Shown: piece by piece, positions 1 through 9,977 of the stretch
How positions within the stretch are numbered: the stretch's first letter is position 1
Layout of the letters: each line of letters starts with the position of its first letter
The notes under the pieces: generated by a model
Databases searched by the model: none
Told to the model about the DNA's origin: nothing
What the model saw: the letters and a program-made list of their open reading frames with translations, nothing else
Program-made: the position numbers and the translations under genes
Assembly (NCBI GenBank): GCA_017454945.1
Contig: JAFTCA010000052.1
Location: 6,476 to 70,475 of the forward strand
DNA: 64,000 nt
DNA from: Bacteroidales bacterium
GTDB lineage: Bacteria > Bacteroidota > Bacteroidia > Bacteroidales > WCHB1-69
Direction of reading: 5' to 3'

Positions 1-253
1 CCGGTCGCAATTTGCGACCAGTTCGTTTAGTTCCATGCTCGACAATTGAAACCGAAATCTGTCAGGAAATCGTTCAAGGTTTCGTTTTACTTGTTCATTG
101 AGTCTTTTGGTCGTCACCCCGTAAAGCATCGCTAAATCTCTGTCGAGCATCACTTGTAATCCCCTGAAACTGAAAATCATATTTTCAATCTTCGGGATGG
201 TTATTTTATTGTCTGCACTATTAACTTTAACAATAGCCTCCTTTTTTGCCATT
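1..253 (-). CDS. ORF6N (KilA-N-like) domain protein, N-terminal part; the gene runs off the left edge
   Basis: Own minus-strand translation from ATG 251-253: MAKKEAIVKVNSADNKITIPKIENMIFSFRGLQVMLDRDLAMLYGVTTKRLNEQVKRNLERFPDRFRFQLSSMELNELVANCDR, open to position 1. The VMLDxDLAxLYGVxTxxLNxxVKRNxxRFPxxFxFQL pattern is the ORF6N signature as I recall it. Absent from the ORF track because it is truncated. Confidence 0.6.
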
Positions 254-286
254 CTATTACCGTTTTAATTGTCAAAATCATTTGGC

Positions 287-294
287 AAAAATAA
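287..294 (-). promoter_or_regulatory. Bacteroidetes-type -7 promoter box for the ORF6N gene
   Basis: CAAAAATA on plus strand = TATTTTTG on minus strand. Fits TAnnTTTG, 33 nt upstream of ATG 253. Confidence 0.4.
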
Positions 295-577
295 TATATT
301 TTATAAAATAATTTATTAATGATTTGTGTTGATTACAATTTTTTCGCGTGAAAATCACCCTACTATCCGACTGTGGTAAAAAATTACTCCTGAAAACATA
401 GGTCGAGAAGAAGAAATTGCAGATATGAGGCCATTCAATTCGCGTTGCCTCGTGTTGGCATCTGCCATAGAAATTGTCACATGAAATACAATATTTCGAT
501 TAACAATCAAAACTTTTTTCAAAAAATCCGTATTGAAAATCGAAATGACAATGATAGAGATTCGATTTAACTGAACT

Positions 578-611
578 TTAAAAATAAGATCAGTTTGTCT
601 TACAACAAACT
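578..611 (-). terminator. Hairpin plus T-run terminator of hisS
   Basis: AGTTTGT (592-598) pairs with ACAAACT (605-611) and overlaps the hisS stop. On the minus strand it is followed by GATCTTATTTTT. Confidence 0.5.
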
Positions 612-1964
612 CTTTACCCTCTCCACCAACTCGGCGATCGACATACTTTGTTGTTCGCCCGATTCCATATTTTTAAGGGTATAAACCTGCTTGTTCATCT
701 CTTCTTCACCGGCCATCACCACAAACGGTATCGACTTGGCATTGGCGTAGTTCATCTGCTTGCCGATTTTGGCACGGTCGGGATATATTTCGCAGGCGAT
801 GCCTTCGGCGCGCAAGCTCTGCAGAGCCGACAGCGCATACTTCTCCTCGTTCTCGCCGAAGTTGAGCAACAGCACCTTCACCGGCGAAGCGATTCCTGCG
901 GGGAAGAGGTTCAACTCATTAAGAACATCATAGATGCGCTCGGCTCCGTATGAGATGCCCACACCCGACATGTTCTTCAGGCCGAAGATGCCCGTCAGGT
1001 CGTCGTAGCGGCCTCCGCCCGAGATGCTGCCAATGGCCACATCCATGGCCTTCACCTCGAAAATGGCGCCCGTGTAATAGTTGAGGCCGCGAGCCAAAGT
1101 GATATCCAACTCAATGGGTGAGTTGAGGTTAAACAAGGCAACATAATTGAGTACAGTCTGCACCTCATCCACACCGCGCATACCTATTTCGCTGTTGGCA
1201 AACACTTTGCGCAACTGATCCAATTTTTCTTCGTTGCTGCCGCCAAAAGCGAAGAACGGCTGCATCTTGGCGATAGACTCTTCGGAAAGGCCACGCTCGG
1301 CCAGCTCGGCACACACGTTCTCCAAGCCAATCTTGTCGAGCTTGTCGATGGCTGTACAGATGTCCACCACTTTGTCGGGGGCACCCACCACCTCGGCAAT
1401 GCCTGTCAGGATTTTGCGGTTATTGATTTTGATGGTCACCTTAATGCCGAACGTGGAGAAAATCTCGTCGGTAATCTGCATCAGTTCGGCCTCGTTCAGC
1501 AGCGAGTTACTGCCAATCACATCGGCATCACACTGGTAAAACTCTCTGTATCTGCCCTTTTGAGGACGGTCGGCGCGCCAAACGGGCTGCATCTGGTAGC
1601 GTTTGAAGGGGAACGAAAGTTCGTTCTGGTGTTGCACCACAAAGCGGGCAAACGGCACGGTAAGGTCATAACGCAAGCCCTTCTCACAGATTTTCGTAGC
1701 CAGGCGGTTCGTATTCTCATCGTTAAAATCGACACCCTTGGCAAAATCGCCCGAGTTGAGGATTTTGAAGAGCAGGCGGTCGCCCTCTTCGCCATACTTG
1801 CCCATCAGGGTGGAAAGATTCTCCATCGAGGGAGTCTCTATCGGCAGGTAGGCGTGCTTCTCGAAGACCGAACGGATGACATTGAAAATATAGTTGCGGC
1901 GAATCATCTCCAGCGGAGAAAAATCGCGCGTTCCTTTTGGAATAGAAGGTTTTACATTAGCCAT
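600..1964 (-). CDS. hisS: Histidine--tRNA ligase
   Basis: 454-aa ORF. N-terminal PKGTRDF and [10 protein letters not shown] class II HisRS motifs, plus a C-terminal anticodon-binding-like domain. Confidence 0.95.
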   Translation of the reverse strand: MANVKPSIPKGTRDFSPLEMIRRNYIFNVIRSVFEKHAYLPIETPSMENLSTLMGKYGEEGDRLLFKILNSGDFAKGVDFNDENTNRLATKICEKGLRYDLTVPFARFVVQHQNELSFPFKRYQMQPVWRADRPQKGRYREFYQCDADVIGSNSLLNEAELMQITDEIFSTFGIKVTIKINNRKILTGIAEVVGAPDKVVDICTAIDKLDKIGLENVCAELAERGLSEESIAKMQPFFAFGGSNEEKLDQLRKVFANSEIGMRGVDEVQTVLNYVALFNLNSPIELDITLARGLNYYTGAIFEVKAMDVAIGSISGGGRYDDLTGIFGLKNMSGVGISYGAERIYDVLNELNLFPAGIASPVKVLLLNFGENEEKYALSALQSLRAEGIACEIYPDRAKIGKQMNYANAKSIPFVVMAGEEEMNKQVYTLKNMESGEQQSMSIAELVERVKSLL

Positions 1965-1985
1965 AGCAAGCGTTATTTAAGAACG

Positions 1986-1993
1986 CAAAGGTA
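1986..1993 (-). promoter_or_regulatory. -7 promoter box for hisS
   Basis: CAAAGGTA = TACCTTTG on minus strand (TAnnTTTG), 21 nt upstream of ATG 1964. Confidence 0.5.
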
Positions 1994-2418
1994 CGAAATA
2001 TTTTCATTGGGAAGAAAAAAGGCTGTCGGAGAATGACCGGCAGCCCTACCTGTTAGTTGTTTACGAAAACAAACGAACCTACGAAGGGGGATTGGATGAC
2101 ATCCAGCGACTTTGAATAATTGAGGATATTCTCGATGACCGAGGCGCGAGGTTTCTCCAATCGTGTAGTTTTCAATTTCTTAGCAGTTTTCACAAGGGTA
2201 TCATTTTTATCCATAGGCGGTATATTAATTGAATAATCAAAACACTTAAAAGAAACGCAGAAGATGTTCGAATATTGTCATACAAAAGAAAAAAAATAGA
2301 GTTTTTTGTATTAGACTGATAATCAAATGGAAATTCTCACAATAATAACATCCAACATCCATTGTTAAAAAAATATAAAAAATGTGGCAGACACATTGAA
2401 CATATCATAGATATTCAG

Positions 2419-2426
2419 TAAATTTG
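2419..2426 (+). promoter_or_regulatory. -7 promoter box for the methylase-nuclease-methylase operon
   Basis: TAAATTTG fits TAnnTTTG, 19 nt upstream of ATG 2446. Confidence 0.5.
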
Positions 2427-2445
2427 CAAAAAGAAAAAAATAATA

Positions 2446-3423
2446 ATGAGGAACTACAAGACTCTTAATATCAACGCAAAGCCATTTATCAAATGGGTGG
2501 GAGGAAAAGGACAATTACTTAACCAACTTGAAACAAACCTACCTGATGTATTATATCATGAAGATTTCACGTATATAGAGCCCTTTGTGGGAGGTGGGGC
2601 AATGCTCTTTTTCATGTTACAAAAGTTTCCAAATATCAAAAGAGTTGTAATTAACGATATTAACCCCAACCTAACCAATGCCTTCTTGGTTGTAAAAGAG
2701 CAACCTCAACCGTTAGTTGATTCACTTAAAATAATTGAAAAAGAATATTTTTCTATTAAGACTGAAGAAGCCCGAAAGGATTTTTATTTACGAAAACGCG
2801 ATGTGTTCAACAATGAAGAACTAGATACCCTACAAAAAACCACCCTGTTATTATTTCTCAATAAAACCTGCTTCAATGGTTTATATAGAGAAAACTCTAA
2901 AGGAAAATTCAATGTTCCTTTCGGGAAGTATTCAAATCCTACCATCTGTAATGAAGAATTAATATATACTGATAGTGTATTGTTAAATCACTATAATGTG
3001 TCCATTTTATGCGGAGATTTTGAACAAACAAAAACACAAATTCGCAATAAAGAATTAACATTTTTCTATTTTGATCCTCCCTATCGTCCTTTAAATGCAA
3101 CATCCAGTTTCAACACATATGTAAAAGAGGCATTTGACGATGAAGAACAAATTCGATTAGCTGCTTTTTGTAAAGATATTTCTAATAAAAAAAATTGTCT
3201 CTGGATGTTAAGCAATTCAGATTGTTCAGCTAAAAATCCTAAAGATTTATTTTTTGAAAGTTTATATCATCCGTTTGAAATCTCACGTGTTTATGCATCT
3301 CGTTCCGTTAATGCCATAGCAAGCAAAAGAGGAAAATTGTCCGAATTATTAATTTCTAACAAACCTAAAAATACACAACGCAAATCATCTACTGAAGAAA
3401 TAGTGTCTTCATATTTTTTTTAA
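2446..3423 (+). CDS. Dam-family (D12 class, alpha-type) N6-adenine DNA methyltransferase, DpnM/Dam-like
   Basis: 325 aa. FIKWVGGKGQLL, EPFVGGGAM (SAM motif I) and a later FDPPY (motif IV), in the alpha-class order typical of Dam/DpnM/EcoRV-type enzymes. Confidence 0.9.
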   Translation: MRNYKTLNINAKPFIKWVGGKGQLLNQLETNLPDVLYHEDFTYIEPFVGGGAMLFFMLQKFPNIKRVVINDINPNLTNAFLVVKEQPQPLVDSLKIIEKEYFSIKTEEARKDFYLRKRDVFNNEELDTLQKTTLLLFLNKTCFNGLYRENSKGKFNVPFGKYSNPTICNEELIYTDSVLLNHYNVSILCGDFEQTKTQIRNKELTFFYFDPPYRPLNATSSFNTYVKEAFDDEEQIRLAAFCKDISNKKNCLWMLSNSDCSAKNPKDLFFESLYHPFEISRVYASRSVNAIASKRGKLSELLISNKPKNTQRKSSTEEIVSSYFF

Positions 3424-3456
3424 CCACAAACAAATATTTAAAGTCTGTATATTGTT

Positions 3457-3978
3457 ATGAAAAAGGGAGGAATCGGCGGTGGAAACACCAAAACAGGATT
3501 AATTTATGAAGGACAAGTTGATCTCGCAACTTTTCTTTCCAAGCAAAAAGATTACTCGGTGAAAGGATTCAATGTGTATTACAAGAATAAAATTGTTGCA
3601 CAAACCTTTAAAAAACACCAATTTTACCGTTTTCTTGAAGATAATGGAATTCAATGGGAAAAATATATTTCCTGTAAATTACTACCTGATAATTGTATAT
3701 ATGTTATTATTAATAACACAATGTTTATTATTGAAGTGAAATCGCAAATGGTTGCAGGAAGTGTTGATGAAAAATTACAGACTTGTGATTTTAAAAGAAA
3801 ACAATACCAGAAACTCCTTTCAAAATTTAATATGGAAGTTGAGTATGTATATATCTTATCCGATTGGTTCCGCAACAAAAGATACAAAGATGTATTGGAT
3901 TACATCCATAGTGTTCGCTGTCAATACTATTTCAACTATATCCCCTTGCAAAAATTAGGTCTTCCCATTCCTAAATAA
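3457..3978 (+). CDS. Small PD-(D/E)XK-motif protein, candidate type II restriction endonuclease
   Basis: 173 aa, 33 nt after the Dam-like gene and 3 nt before the second methylase. LLPD78-x14-E93-V-K95 (PDNCIYVIINNTMFIIEVK) fits PD-(D/E)XK, with an upstream Glu in IYEGQ. I recognise no named family. Confidence 0.5.
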   Translation: MKKGGIGGGNTKTGLIYEGQVDLATFLSKQKDYSVKGFNVYYKNKIVAQTFKKHQFYRFLEDNGIQWEKYISCKLLPDNCIYVIINNTMFIIEVKSQMVAGSVDEKLQTCDFKRKQYQKLLSKFNMEVEYVYILSDWFRNKRYKDVLDYIHSVRCQYYFNYIPLQKLGLPIPK

Positions 3979-3981
3979 TTT

Positions 3982-4854
3982 ATGATTACTCCTTTTTTCA
4001 AATCTATCGACCACACCTTTACATTGCTTCATGGTGACTGTTTTGAATTGCTTCCTCAGTTCAACTTTAAGTTCGACATGATTTTCGCAGATCCACCCTA
4101 TTTTCTTTCCAATGGCGGCATCAGCGTTCAGAGCGGCAAAGTAGTTTGTGTAGATAAAGGTGATTGGGACAAAGGAGGTTCTCCTGAACAGATAAATGAG
4201 TTTAATCTTAAATGGCTTTCGCTATGCAGAGAAAAACTGAAAGCCAACGGGACAATCTGGATTTCAGGAACTTATCACAACATCTTCTCTGTAGCTAACG
4301 CCTTGACGGAATTGGGATATAAGATTTTGAATGTCATAACATGGGCTAAAACCAATCCTCCTCCTAATATTTCATGCAGATATTTCACCTATTCTACCGA
4401 ATTCATCATCTGGGCAAGACAGTCGCAAAAAAATCCGCATTTGTTCAATTATGAACTCATGAAACAACTTAACGACAACAAACAAATGACAGATGTATGG
4501 AGATTGCCTGCTATTGCACCATGGGAAAAAACATGTGGCAAACACCCTACTCAAAAGCCCTTGGCTCTACTTACTCGCATCATCTTAGCTTCGACAAAAC
4601 CTAATGCATGGATTATGGATCCATTTGCAGGTTCTTCTACCACAGGTATTGCCGCTAATCTTATCGGAAGACGATTTTTAGGTATAGAGAAAGAACTCTC
4701 ATTTGCAAAAATCAGTCAGGAAAGAAAATTGGAACTTGATTCTCCATCCAAGTTCTCTGAATTCCGTTCCAAAATAAAGGATATTGCAGTTGCTGACTTT
4801 TTTGAAGCCTCTACTGCCTGCGAAGAAGATTCTTTTTATAATTTACCATTCTGA
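3982..4854 (+). CDS. Beta-class N6/N4 DNA methyltransferase, DpnA/HinfI-like
   Basis: 290 aa. Motif IV comes first (DMIFADPPYFLSNGG) and motif I comes late (MDPFAGSSTTG). The KHPTQKP motif and overall layout match the DpnA/M2.MboI/M.HinfI family as I recall it. Confidence 0.88.
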   Translation: MITPFFKSIDHTFTLLHGDCFELLPQFNFKFDMIFADPPYFLSNGGISVQSGKVVCVDKGDWDKGGSPEQINEFNLKWLSLCREKLKANGTIWISGTYHNIFSVANALTELGYKILNVITWAKTNPPPNISCRYFTYSTEFIIWARQSQKNPHLFNYELMKQLNDNKQMTDVWRLPAIAPWEKTCGKHPTQKPLALLTRIILASTKPNAWIMDPFAGSSTTGIAANLIGRRFLGIEKELSFAKISQERKLELDSPSKFSEFRSKIKDIAVADFFEASTACEEDSFYNLPF

Positions 4855-4881
4855 CCACGCTTTTCCTGTCGCTTTTTTCTG

Positions 4882-4889
4882 TAAATTTG
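4882..4889 (+). promoter_or_regulatory. -7 promoter box for uvrA
   Basis: TAAATTTG, 22 nt upstream of ATG 4912. Confidence 0.5.
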
Positions 4890-4911
4890 TCGCCTCATTT
4901 TTCAACGGCTC

Positions 4912-7731
4912 ATGAGCGAAGACTTCATCCACATACAAGGCGTTAGGGTCAACAACCTGAAAAACATCACTCTTGACATACCTCGCAACAAGCTGGTAGT
5001 CATTACTGGCTTGTCGGGCTCGGGCAAGTCGTCACTGGCTTTCGATACGCTTTACGCCGAAGGGCAACGCCGCTACATCGAGAGTCTGAGTTCCTACGCC
5101 CGCCAGTTTATGGGCAGAATCTCAAAGCCCGAAGTGGACAGCATCAAGGGCATCCCGCCCGCCATCGCCATTGAGCAACGCGTCATCTCGCGCAACCCAC
5201 GCTCGACGGTGGGCACCACAACCGAGATTTACGAATACCTCAAACTGCTGTTTGCCCGCGTGGGCCGCACCTTTTCGCCCATCAGCAACAAAGAAGTCAA
5301 ACGCGAAACGCTGAAGGACGTGCTGAACTATGTTCACGAGATTCCCACTGGCAGCCGCGTCCACGTGCTGGCACCCGTCCAAATCGTGTCGGGGCGCACC
5401 GTGCACGAACAGCTGGAAATCCTCAAGCAGCAGGGATTCAGCCGCTTTCTTTTCAAAAACGAATACTGGGATATTGACGACCTGCTGGCCTACAAAAAGA
5501 GCATTAAGGCAACCGATATCCTCATCTCTATCGACCGGTTCAAGTCGGACAATATCACCGCCAACCACACCCGCTTTTGCGATTCGGTGCAGACCGCATT
5601 CAATGAAGGCAAAGGCGAATGCGTCATCCGCGTTGAAAATGAAGAGATTACACAACGCCGTTTCAGCAACCTGTTTGAAAAAGACGGCATCACCTTTGAA
5701 GAACCCACCGTCAACCTTTTCAGTTTCAACAACCCCTACGGTGCCTGCCCCACCTGCAAAGGTACGGGCATGATTGAAGGCATCGACCCCGACCTGGTAT
5801 TCCCCGACCGCACGCTGTCGCTGTTTGAAAACGGCGTAGCCTGCTGGCGTGGCGAGAAACTGAGCGAGTGGAAAGACTACTTCATCCATCGCTCGGCGCG
5901 CAAGAACTTTCCGCCACACCGAGCCATCGAGGATTTGAGTCCCGAAGAGTACGACCTGCTGTGGAATGGCGACGAAACCGCTGGTGTGGAAGGCATTAGA
6001 CAGTTCTTCGAGTATGTGGAGCGCAACATGTACAAGATACAATACCGCGTGCTTTATGCCCGCTATCGCGGGCACACACTGTGCCACGACTGCCAAGGCA
6101 CCCGCCTGCGCAAAGAGGCCGGCTACGTGAAAATCAAAGGCAAATCCATCTCCGAGCTGTCGGCCATGCCCGTGTCCAAACTGCTCACCTTCTTCCAACA
6201 GCTCAAGTTCAACAACGACAACGACGCCGAAATAGCAAAACCCATTATCACTGAACTGATTAACAGACTTGGCTTTTTGCACGATGTAGGTCTGGGCTAC
6301 CTTGCGCTGAACCGACTGAGCAAAACGCTGTCGGGCGGCGAATCGCAGCGTATCAACCTAGCCACCTCGCTGGGCAGCAGTCTGGTAGGCTCGCTTTACA
6401 TCTTAGACGAGCCAAGTATCGGCCTACACACCCGCGACACCCAGAACCTCATTAAGATTCTAAAACGGCTGCGCGACATCGGCAATACGGTAGTGGTAGT
6501 GGAACATGACGAAGAAATCATGCGCAATGCCGACTACATCATCGACATCGGTCCCAAAGCGGGCCGTTTGGGTGGTGAAGTGGTTTTCCAAGGCACTTTC
6601 GACGAACTGCTGAAAGACCCCAAGAGTCTGACAGCCGCCTACTTGCGAGGCATGGAACAGCCACCACTGCCCAACGCCATGGAAATTGCAGTGCCCACAC
6701 GAAGGAGAAAATGGCGCAACTTTGTGGAAATTACGGGAGCCAAAGAGCATAACCTGAAAAATATAGATGTCAAGATACCCTTAGAGGTGCTTACCGTGGT
6801 GACAGGTGTCAGCGGTTCGGGCAAGAGCAGCCTGATTAAGAACATCTTATACAATGGTTTGCAGAAAATTATCCACGAGAACGGTGTCAAAGTGGGCCGT
6901 CATCTGCATATCGACGCCGACTTCAGCAAGCTGAGCGACTGTATCATGGTGGACCAGAATCCCATTGGTCGCTCCACGCGCTCAAACCCAGCCACTTACC
7001 TCAAGATTTACGATGACATCCGCGAGCTGTTCGCTTCGCAACCGTTGTCGCGACAGCGCAACTACAAAGCCGGCTTTTTCTCGTTCAATGTGCCTGGCGG
7101 ACGCTGCGAAGCCTGTGAAGGCGAAGGCGTTATCCATATTGGCATGCAGTTCATGGCCGACGTGGACCTTGTCTGCAAGGAATGTAACGGCACGCGCTTC
7201 AAAGACGAGGTGCTGGACATCAAAGTGGGCGGCTGCACCATCGGCGACATTCTTGACATGACCATCAACCAGGCGGCAGAGTTTTTCACTGACAAGTGCA
7301 AGGATAAAATCGCCGTCAACATCATCGAAAAGCTTAAAACACTGCAGGATGTAGGACTCGGCTACCTGAAACTGGGACAGTCATCCTCCACCCTCTCGGG
7401 CGGCGAGGCGCAGCGCATCAAACTGGCCTATTACCTATCGACCAATAACAACAAAACCAACACGCTCTTCATCTTCGACGAACCAACCACAGGACTTCAC
7501 TTTCACGATATCAGCAAGTTACACAAGGCTCTCTGCATGCTCATCGACAAAGGGAACTCCATTGTCGTGATTGAACACAACCCCGAAATCATCAAGTGCG
7601 CCGACTGGATCATCGACCTCGGTCCTGAAGGTGGCGAAGAGGGCGGCAACATCGTTTGCCAGGGCACGCCCGAAGAAATCGTGCGCCACAAAAAATCTTA
7701 CACCGCCCAATGCCTGGTGGCAAAGGTGTAG
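4912..7731 (+). CDS. uvrA: Excinuclease ABC subunit A
   Basis: 939 aa. Two ABC modules (GLSGSGKSS and GVSGSGKSS Walker A; LSGGESQR and LSGGEAQR signatures) and CxxC zinc-finger pairs. Confidence 0.97.
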   Translation: MSEDFIHIQGVRVNNLKNITLDIPRNKLVVITGLSGSGKSSLAFDTLYAEGQRRYIESLSSYARQFMGRISKPEVDSIKGIPPAIAIEQRVISRNPRSTVGTTTEIYEYLKLLFARVGRTFSPISNKEVKRETLKDVLNYVHEIPTGSRVHVLAPVQIVSGRTVHEQLEILKQQGFSRFLFKNEYWDIDDLLAYKKSIKATDILISIDRFKSDNITANHTRFCDSVQTAFNEGKGECVIRVENEEITQRRFSNLFEKDGITFEEPTVNLFSFNNPYGACPTCKGTGMIEGIDPDLVFPDRTLSLFENGVACWRGEKLSEWKDYFIHRSARKNFPPHRAIEDLSPEEYDLLWNGDETAGVEGIRQFFEYVERNMYKIQYRVLYARYRGHTLCHDCQGTRLRKEAGYVKIKGKSISELSAMPVSKLLTFFQQLKFNNDNDAEIAKPIITELINRLGFLHDVGLGYLALNRLSKTLSGGESQRINLATSLGSSLVGSLYILDEPSIGLHTRDTQNLIKILKRLRDIGNTVVVVEHDEEIMRNADYIIDIGPKAGRLGGEVVFQGTFDELLKDPKSLTAAYLRGMEQPPLPNAMEIAVPTRRRKWRNFVEITGAKEHNLKNIDVKIPLEVLTVVTGVSGSGKSSLIKNILYNGLQKIIHENGVKVGRHLHIDADFSKLSDCIMVDQNPIGRSTRSNPATYLKIYDDIRELFASQPLSRQRNYKAGFFSFNVPGGRCEACEGEGVIHIGMQFMADVDLVCKECNGTRFKDEVLDIKVGGCTIGDILDMTINQAAEFFTDKCKDKIAVNIIEKLKTLQDVGLGYLKLGQSSSTLSGGEAQRIKLAYYLSTNNNKTNTLFIFDEPTTGLHFHDISKLHKALCMLIDKGNSIVVIEHNPEIIKCADWIIDLGPEGGEEGGNIVCQGTPEEIVRHKKSYTAQCLVAKV

Positions 7732-7751
7732 AGGGTTATCGCAAAAAAACG

Positions 7752-7759
7752 TATCTTTG
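7752..7759 (+). promoter_or_regulatory. -7 promoter box for rfbB
   Basis: TATCTTTG, 26 nt upstream of ATG 7786. Confidence 0.5.
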
Positions 7760-7785
7760 CAATTCGAATATAAAATTTATTCCCT

Positions 7786-8850
7786 ATGAAAAATATCATC
7801 ATCACAGGCGGTGCCGGCTTCATCGGCAGTCATGTAGTACGACTCTTCGTTAACAAATATCCTGAATATCACATCATTAATGTGGACAAGCTGACCTATG
7901 CCGGCAACTTGGCCAACCTGAAAGATATTGAGAACAAGCCAAACTACACTTTTGTCAAGGCCGACATCTGTGATTTTGACACAATGGTAAAACTCATTCA
8001 GGATGAGAAGGTTGACGGCATCATCCACTTGGCTGCCGAGTCGCATGTGGACCGCAGCATCAAAGACCCGTTCACCTTTGCCAAGACCAATGTGCTGGGC
8101 ACGCTTTCATTGTTGCAGGCTGCCCGTCTCTACTGGGAATCGCTGCCCGAAAAGTACGAAGGCAAACGCTTTTACCATATCTCTACTGACGAAGTGTATG
8201 GCGCACTGGAATTTGACGGCACGCTCTTTTCTGAAGAGACCAAATATGCACCCCACTCACCCTACTCAGCTTCAAAGGCCTCGTCGGACCATTTCGTGCG
8301 CGCCTTCCACGACACCTACGGCATGCCCACCATTGTGACCAACTGCTCGAACAACTACGGTCCTTACCAATTTCCCGAGAAACTTATTCCCCTATTCATT
8401 AACAATATACGCCACAGAAAGCCCCTGCCCGTCTATGGTAAAGGCGAAAATGTGCGCGACTGGCTCTATGTCATCGACCATGCCCGCGCTATTGATGTCA
8501 TCTTCCACAAAGGCAGAATTGCTGAAACATACAATATTGGCGGCTTCAACGAATGGAAGAACATCGACCTCATCAAGGTGCTTATCGCCACGGTGGACCG
8601 CCTGCTGGGCAAACCCGAAGGCTACTCGCTCGACCTCATCACATTTGTCACCGACCGTGCCGGCCACGACCTGCGCTACGCTATCGACTCGACCAAACTG
8701 AAGAACGAACTGGGCTGGGAACCCTCGCTGCAATTTGAAGAAGGCATCGAAAAGACCGTACAATGGTACCTCGATAATCAAGAGTGGCTCGATAACATCA
8801 CCTCGGGCGAGTACGAGAAGTACTACGAGTCGATGTACGCCAACAGATAA
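7786..8850 (+). CDS. rfbB: dTDP-glucose 4,6-dehydratase
   Basis: 354 aa. GGAGFIGS Rossmann motif and YSASKASSD (YxxxK) of extended SDRs. Overall RfbB-like sequence. Confidence 0.93.
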   Translation: MKNIIITGGAGFIGSHVVRLFVNKYPEYHIINVDKLTYAGNLANLKDIENKPNYTFVKADICDFDTMVKLIQDEKVDGIIHLAAESHVDRSIKDPFTFAKTNVLGTLSLLQAARLYWESLPEKYEGKRFYHISTDEVYGALEFDGTLFSEETKYAPHSPYSASKASSDHFVRAFHDTYGMPTIVTNCSNNYGPYQFPEKLIPLFINNIRHRKPLPVYGKGENVRDWLYVIDHARAIDVIFHKGRIAETYNIGGFNEWKNIDLIKVLIATVDRLLGKPEGYSLDLITFVTDRAGHDLRYAIDSTKLKNELGWEPSLQFEEGIEKTVQWYLDNQEWLDNITSGEYEKYYESMYANR

Positions 8851-8916
8851 AACTGAAAACTGAAAGAGATTCCTTCGGTTTCTAACGCAACCTCGGAATG
8901 ACAACACCAACAATAA

Positions 8917-8998
8917 TTCTTAACTCCTTAGTTTCTTAACTTCTTAACTTTCTCACGCCTCACTATTCACTTCTCACTGCTCACTAATAACTCACACC
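8917..8998. repeat. Low-complexity pyrimidine-rich spacer (TTCTTAAC x3, then CTCAC-type repeats)
   Basis: Read directly: ttcttaactccttagtttcttaacttcttaactttctcacgcctcactattcacttctcactgctcactaataactcacacc. Confidence 0.6.
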
Positions 8999-9094
8999 AA
9001 ATTTTAGTAAATTTTTCTATCTGAAAATCAGTTAGTTATAAAAATTAATTGATTTTTTTCGCTAAAAACGGCCGTGCGTAAACATTTTTATTAG

Positions 9095-9102
9095 TAATTT
9101 TG
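9095..9102 (+). promoter_or_regulatory. -7 promoter box for the ECF sigma gene
   Basis: TAATTTTG, 100 nt upstream of ATG 9203. Confidence 0.4.
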
Positions 9103-9202
9103 CCCCAAATAATCACCTAATAACCCTTTAAAACATAGGAGGAGCGCTATCGAATAAAACTTTACCTTTTTTATTATTAACCCAATAAAGAAAGGGGGCT
9201 TT

Positions 9203-9787
9203 ATGAAAACGATAGCCAGTTTGAGCGATAACGATTTGATTGCTCGTTATTTAGAAGGTGATGAAGCAGCATTAAAGACTTTAATTCTCCGTCATCAGAA
9301 GAAAGTATTTTCTTACATTCTGCTTTCTGTCAAGAATCGTGAGTTGGCTGAGGACATTTTCCAAGACACCTTTATCAAGGTCATCAACACGTTACGTGCC
9401 GGCGCATACAAGGAAGAGGGCAAATTCGTGCAGTGGGTGATGCGTATTGCCAACAACCTCAAGATTGACTACTACCGCAAGATGCAGCGCATGCCTGCGG
9501 TGGAGACCAACGGCGAGTTCGACATCTTCGACTTCGTCTATGGCAACGAGCCTTCCATTGAGCAGAAGATGATTACCGAGCAGATACACCGCGACGCCCG
9601 CCATCTGCTACAATACTTGCCCAAAGAGCAACGTGAAGTGTTAGAGATGCGTATTTACCAAGATATCAGCTTTAAAGACATTGCCGAATTGACGAATGTC
9701 AGCATCAACACGGCACTAGGCAGAATGCGCTACGCGCTAATCAACCTACGCAAACTCATCCAAGAGAAGAATGTGATTTTGTCGTAA
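9203..9787 (+). CDS. RNA polymerase sigma-70 family factor, ECF (group 4) type
   Basis: 194 aa. Region 2 (EDIFQDTFIKV...WVMRIANNLKIDYYRK) and region 4 HTH (LPKEQREVLEMRIYQDISFKDIAELTNVSINTALGRMRYA). Confidence 0.9.
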   Translation: MKTIASLSDNDLIARYLEGDEAALKTLILRHQKKVFSYILLSVKNRELAEDIFQDTFIKVINTLRAGAYKEEGKFVQWVMRIANNLKIDYYRKMQRMPAVETNGEFDIFDFVYGNEPSIEQKMITEQIHRDARHLLQYLPKEQREVLEMRIYQDISFKDIAELTNVSINTALGRMRYALINLRKLIQEKNVILS

Positions 9788-9807
9788 TCGTTATTTTATG
9801 AATTGTC

Positions 9808-9850
9808 TGACAGCCGGCGGGTGTAAAACACTTGTCGGCTGTTTATATTT
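9808..9850 (+). terminator. Hairpin plus T-rich tail after the sigma gene
   Basis: ACAGCCG (9810-9816) pairs with CGGCTGT (9836-9842), extendable with G-U pairs, followed by TTATATTT. Confidence 0.45.
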
Positions 9851-9874
9851 ATACTTATTCACATTGATTTTTAT

Positions 9875-9882
9875 TATTTTTG
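9875..9882 (+). promoter_or_regulatory. -7 promoter box for the repeat-protein/C10 protease operon
   Basis: TATTTTTG, 130 nt upstream of ATG 10013. Confidence 0.4.
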
Positions 9883-9959
9883 CAGAGAATACCGCAAACG
9901 AGGAAATTCAGAATTCAAAATTCAAAGAACAAAGAACAAAGAAGACGATATTTAGTACA

Positions 9960-9977
9960 GGCGCACGGCCGTGCGCC
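9960..9977. repeat. Perfect 18-bp GC-rich palindrome in the 5' leader of the repeat-protein gene
   Basis: GGCGCACGG|CCGTGCGCC, read directly, 36 nt upstream of ATG 10013. Confidence 0.9.

Noticed and set aside
3-19. Palindrome GGTCGCAA-t-TTGCGACC at the window edge, considered as an invertase or att site.
   Set aside because: It lies inside the ORF6N coding frame (LVANCDR) with no partner repeat visible in the window. There is no evidence for a recombination role.
2053-2214. 53-aa minus-strand ORF (MDKNDTLVKTAKKLKTTRLEKPRASVIENILNYSKSLDVIQSPFVGSFVFVNN) between hisS and the R-M island.
   Set aside because: It is below the ORF-track cutoff, has no TAnnTTTG box upstream and resembles nothing I can name. 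It cannot be supported as a gene from sequence alone.
5122-6282. 386-aa ORF on the minus strand inside uvrA. Similar long antisense ORFs lie at 16017-17153, 30442-31212, 47559-48461, 50692-51531 and 60739-61737.
   Set aside because: Each lies entirely antisense to a gene with strong family motifs. Their translations are low-complexity (rich in A, G, V, H, L) with no recognisable motifs. They are typical shadow ORFs of moderately GC-rich coding DNA.
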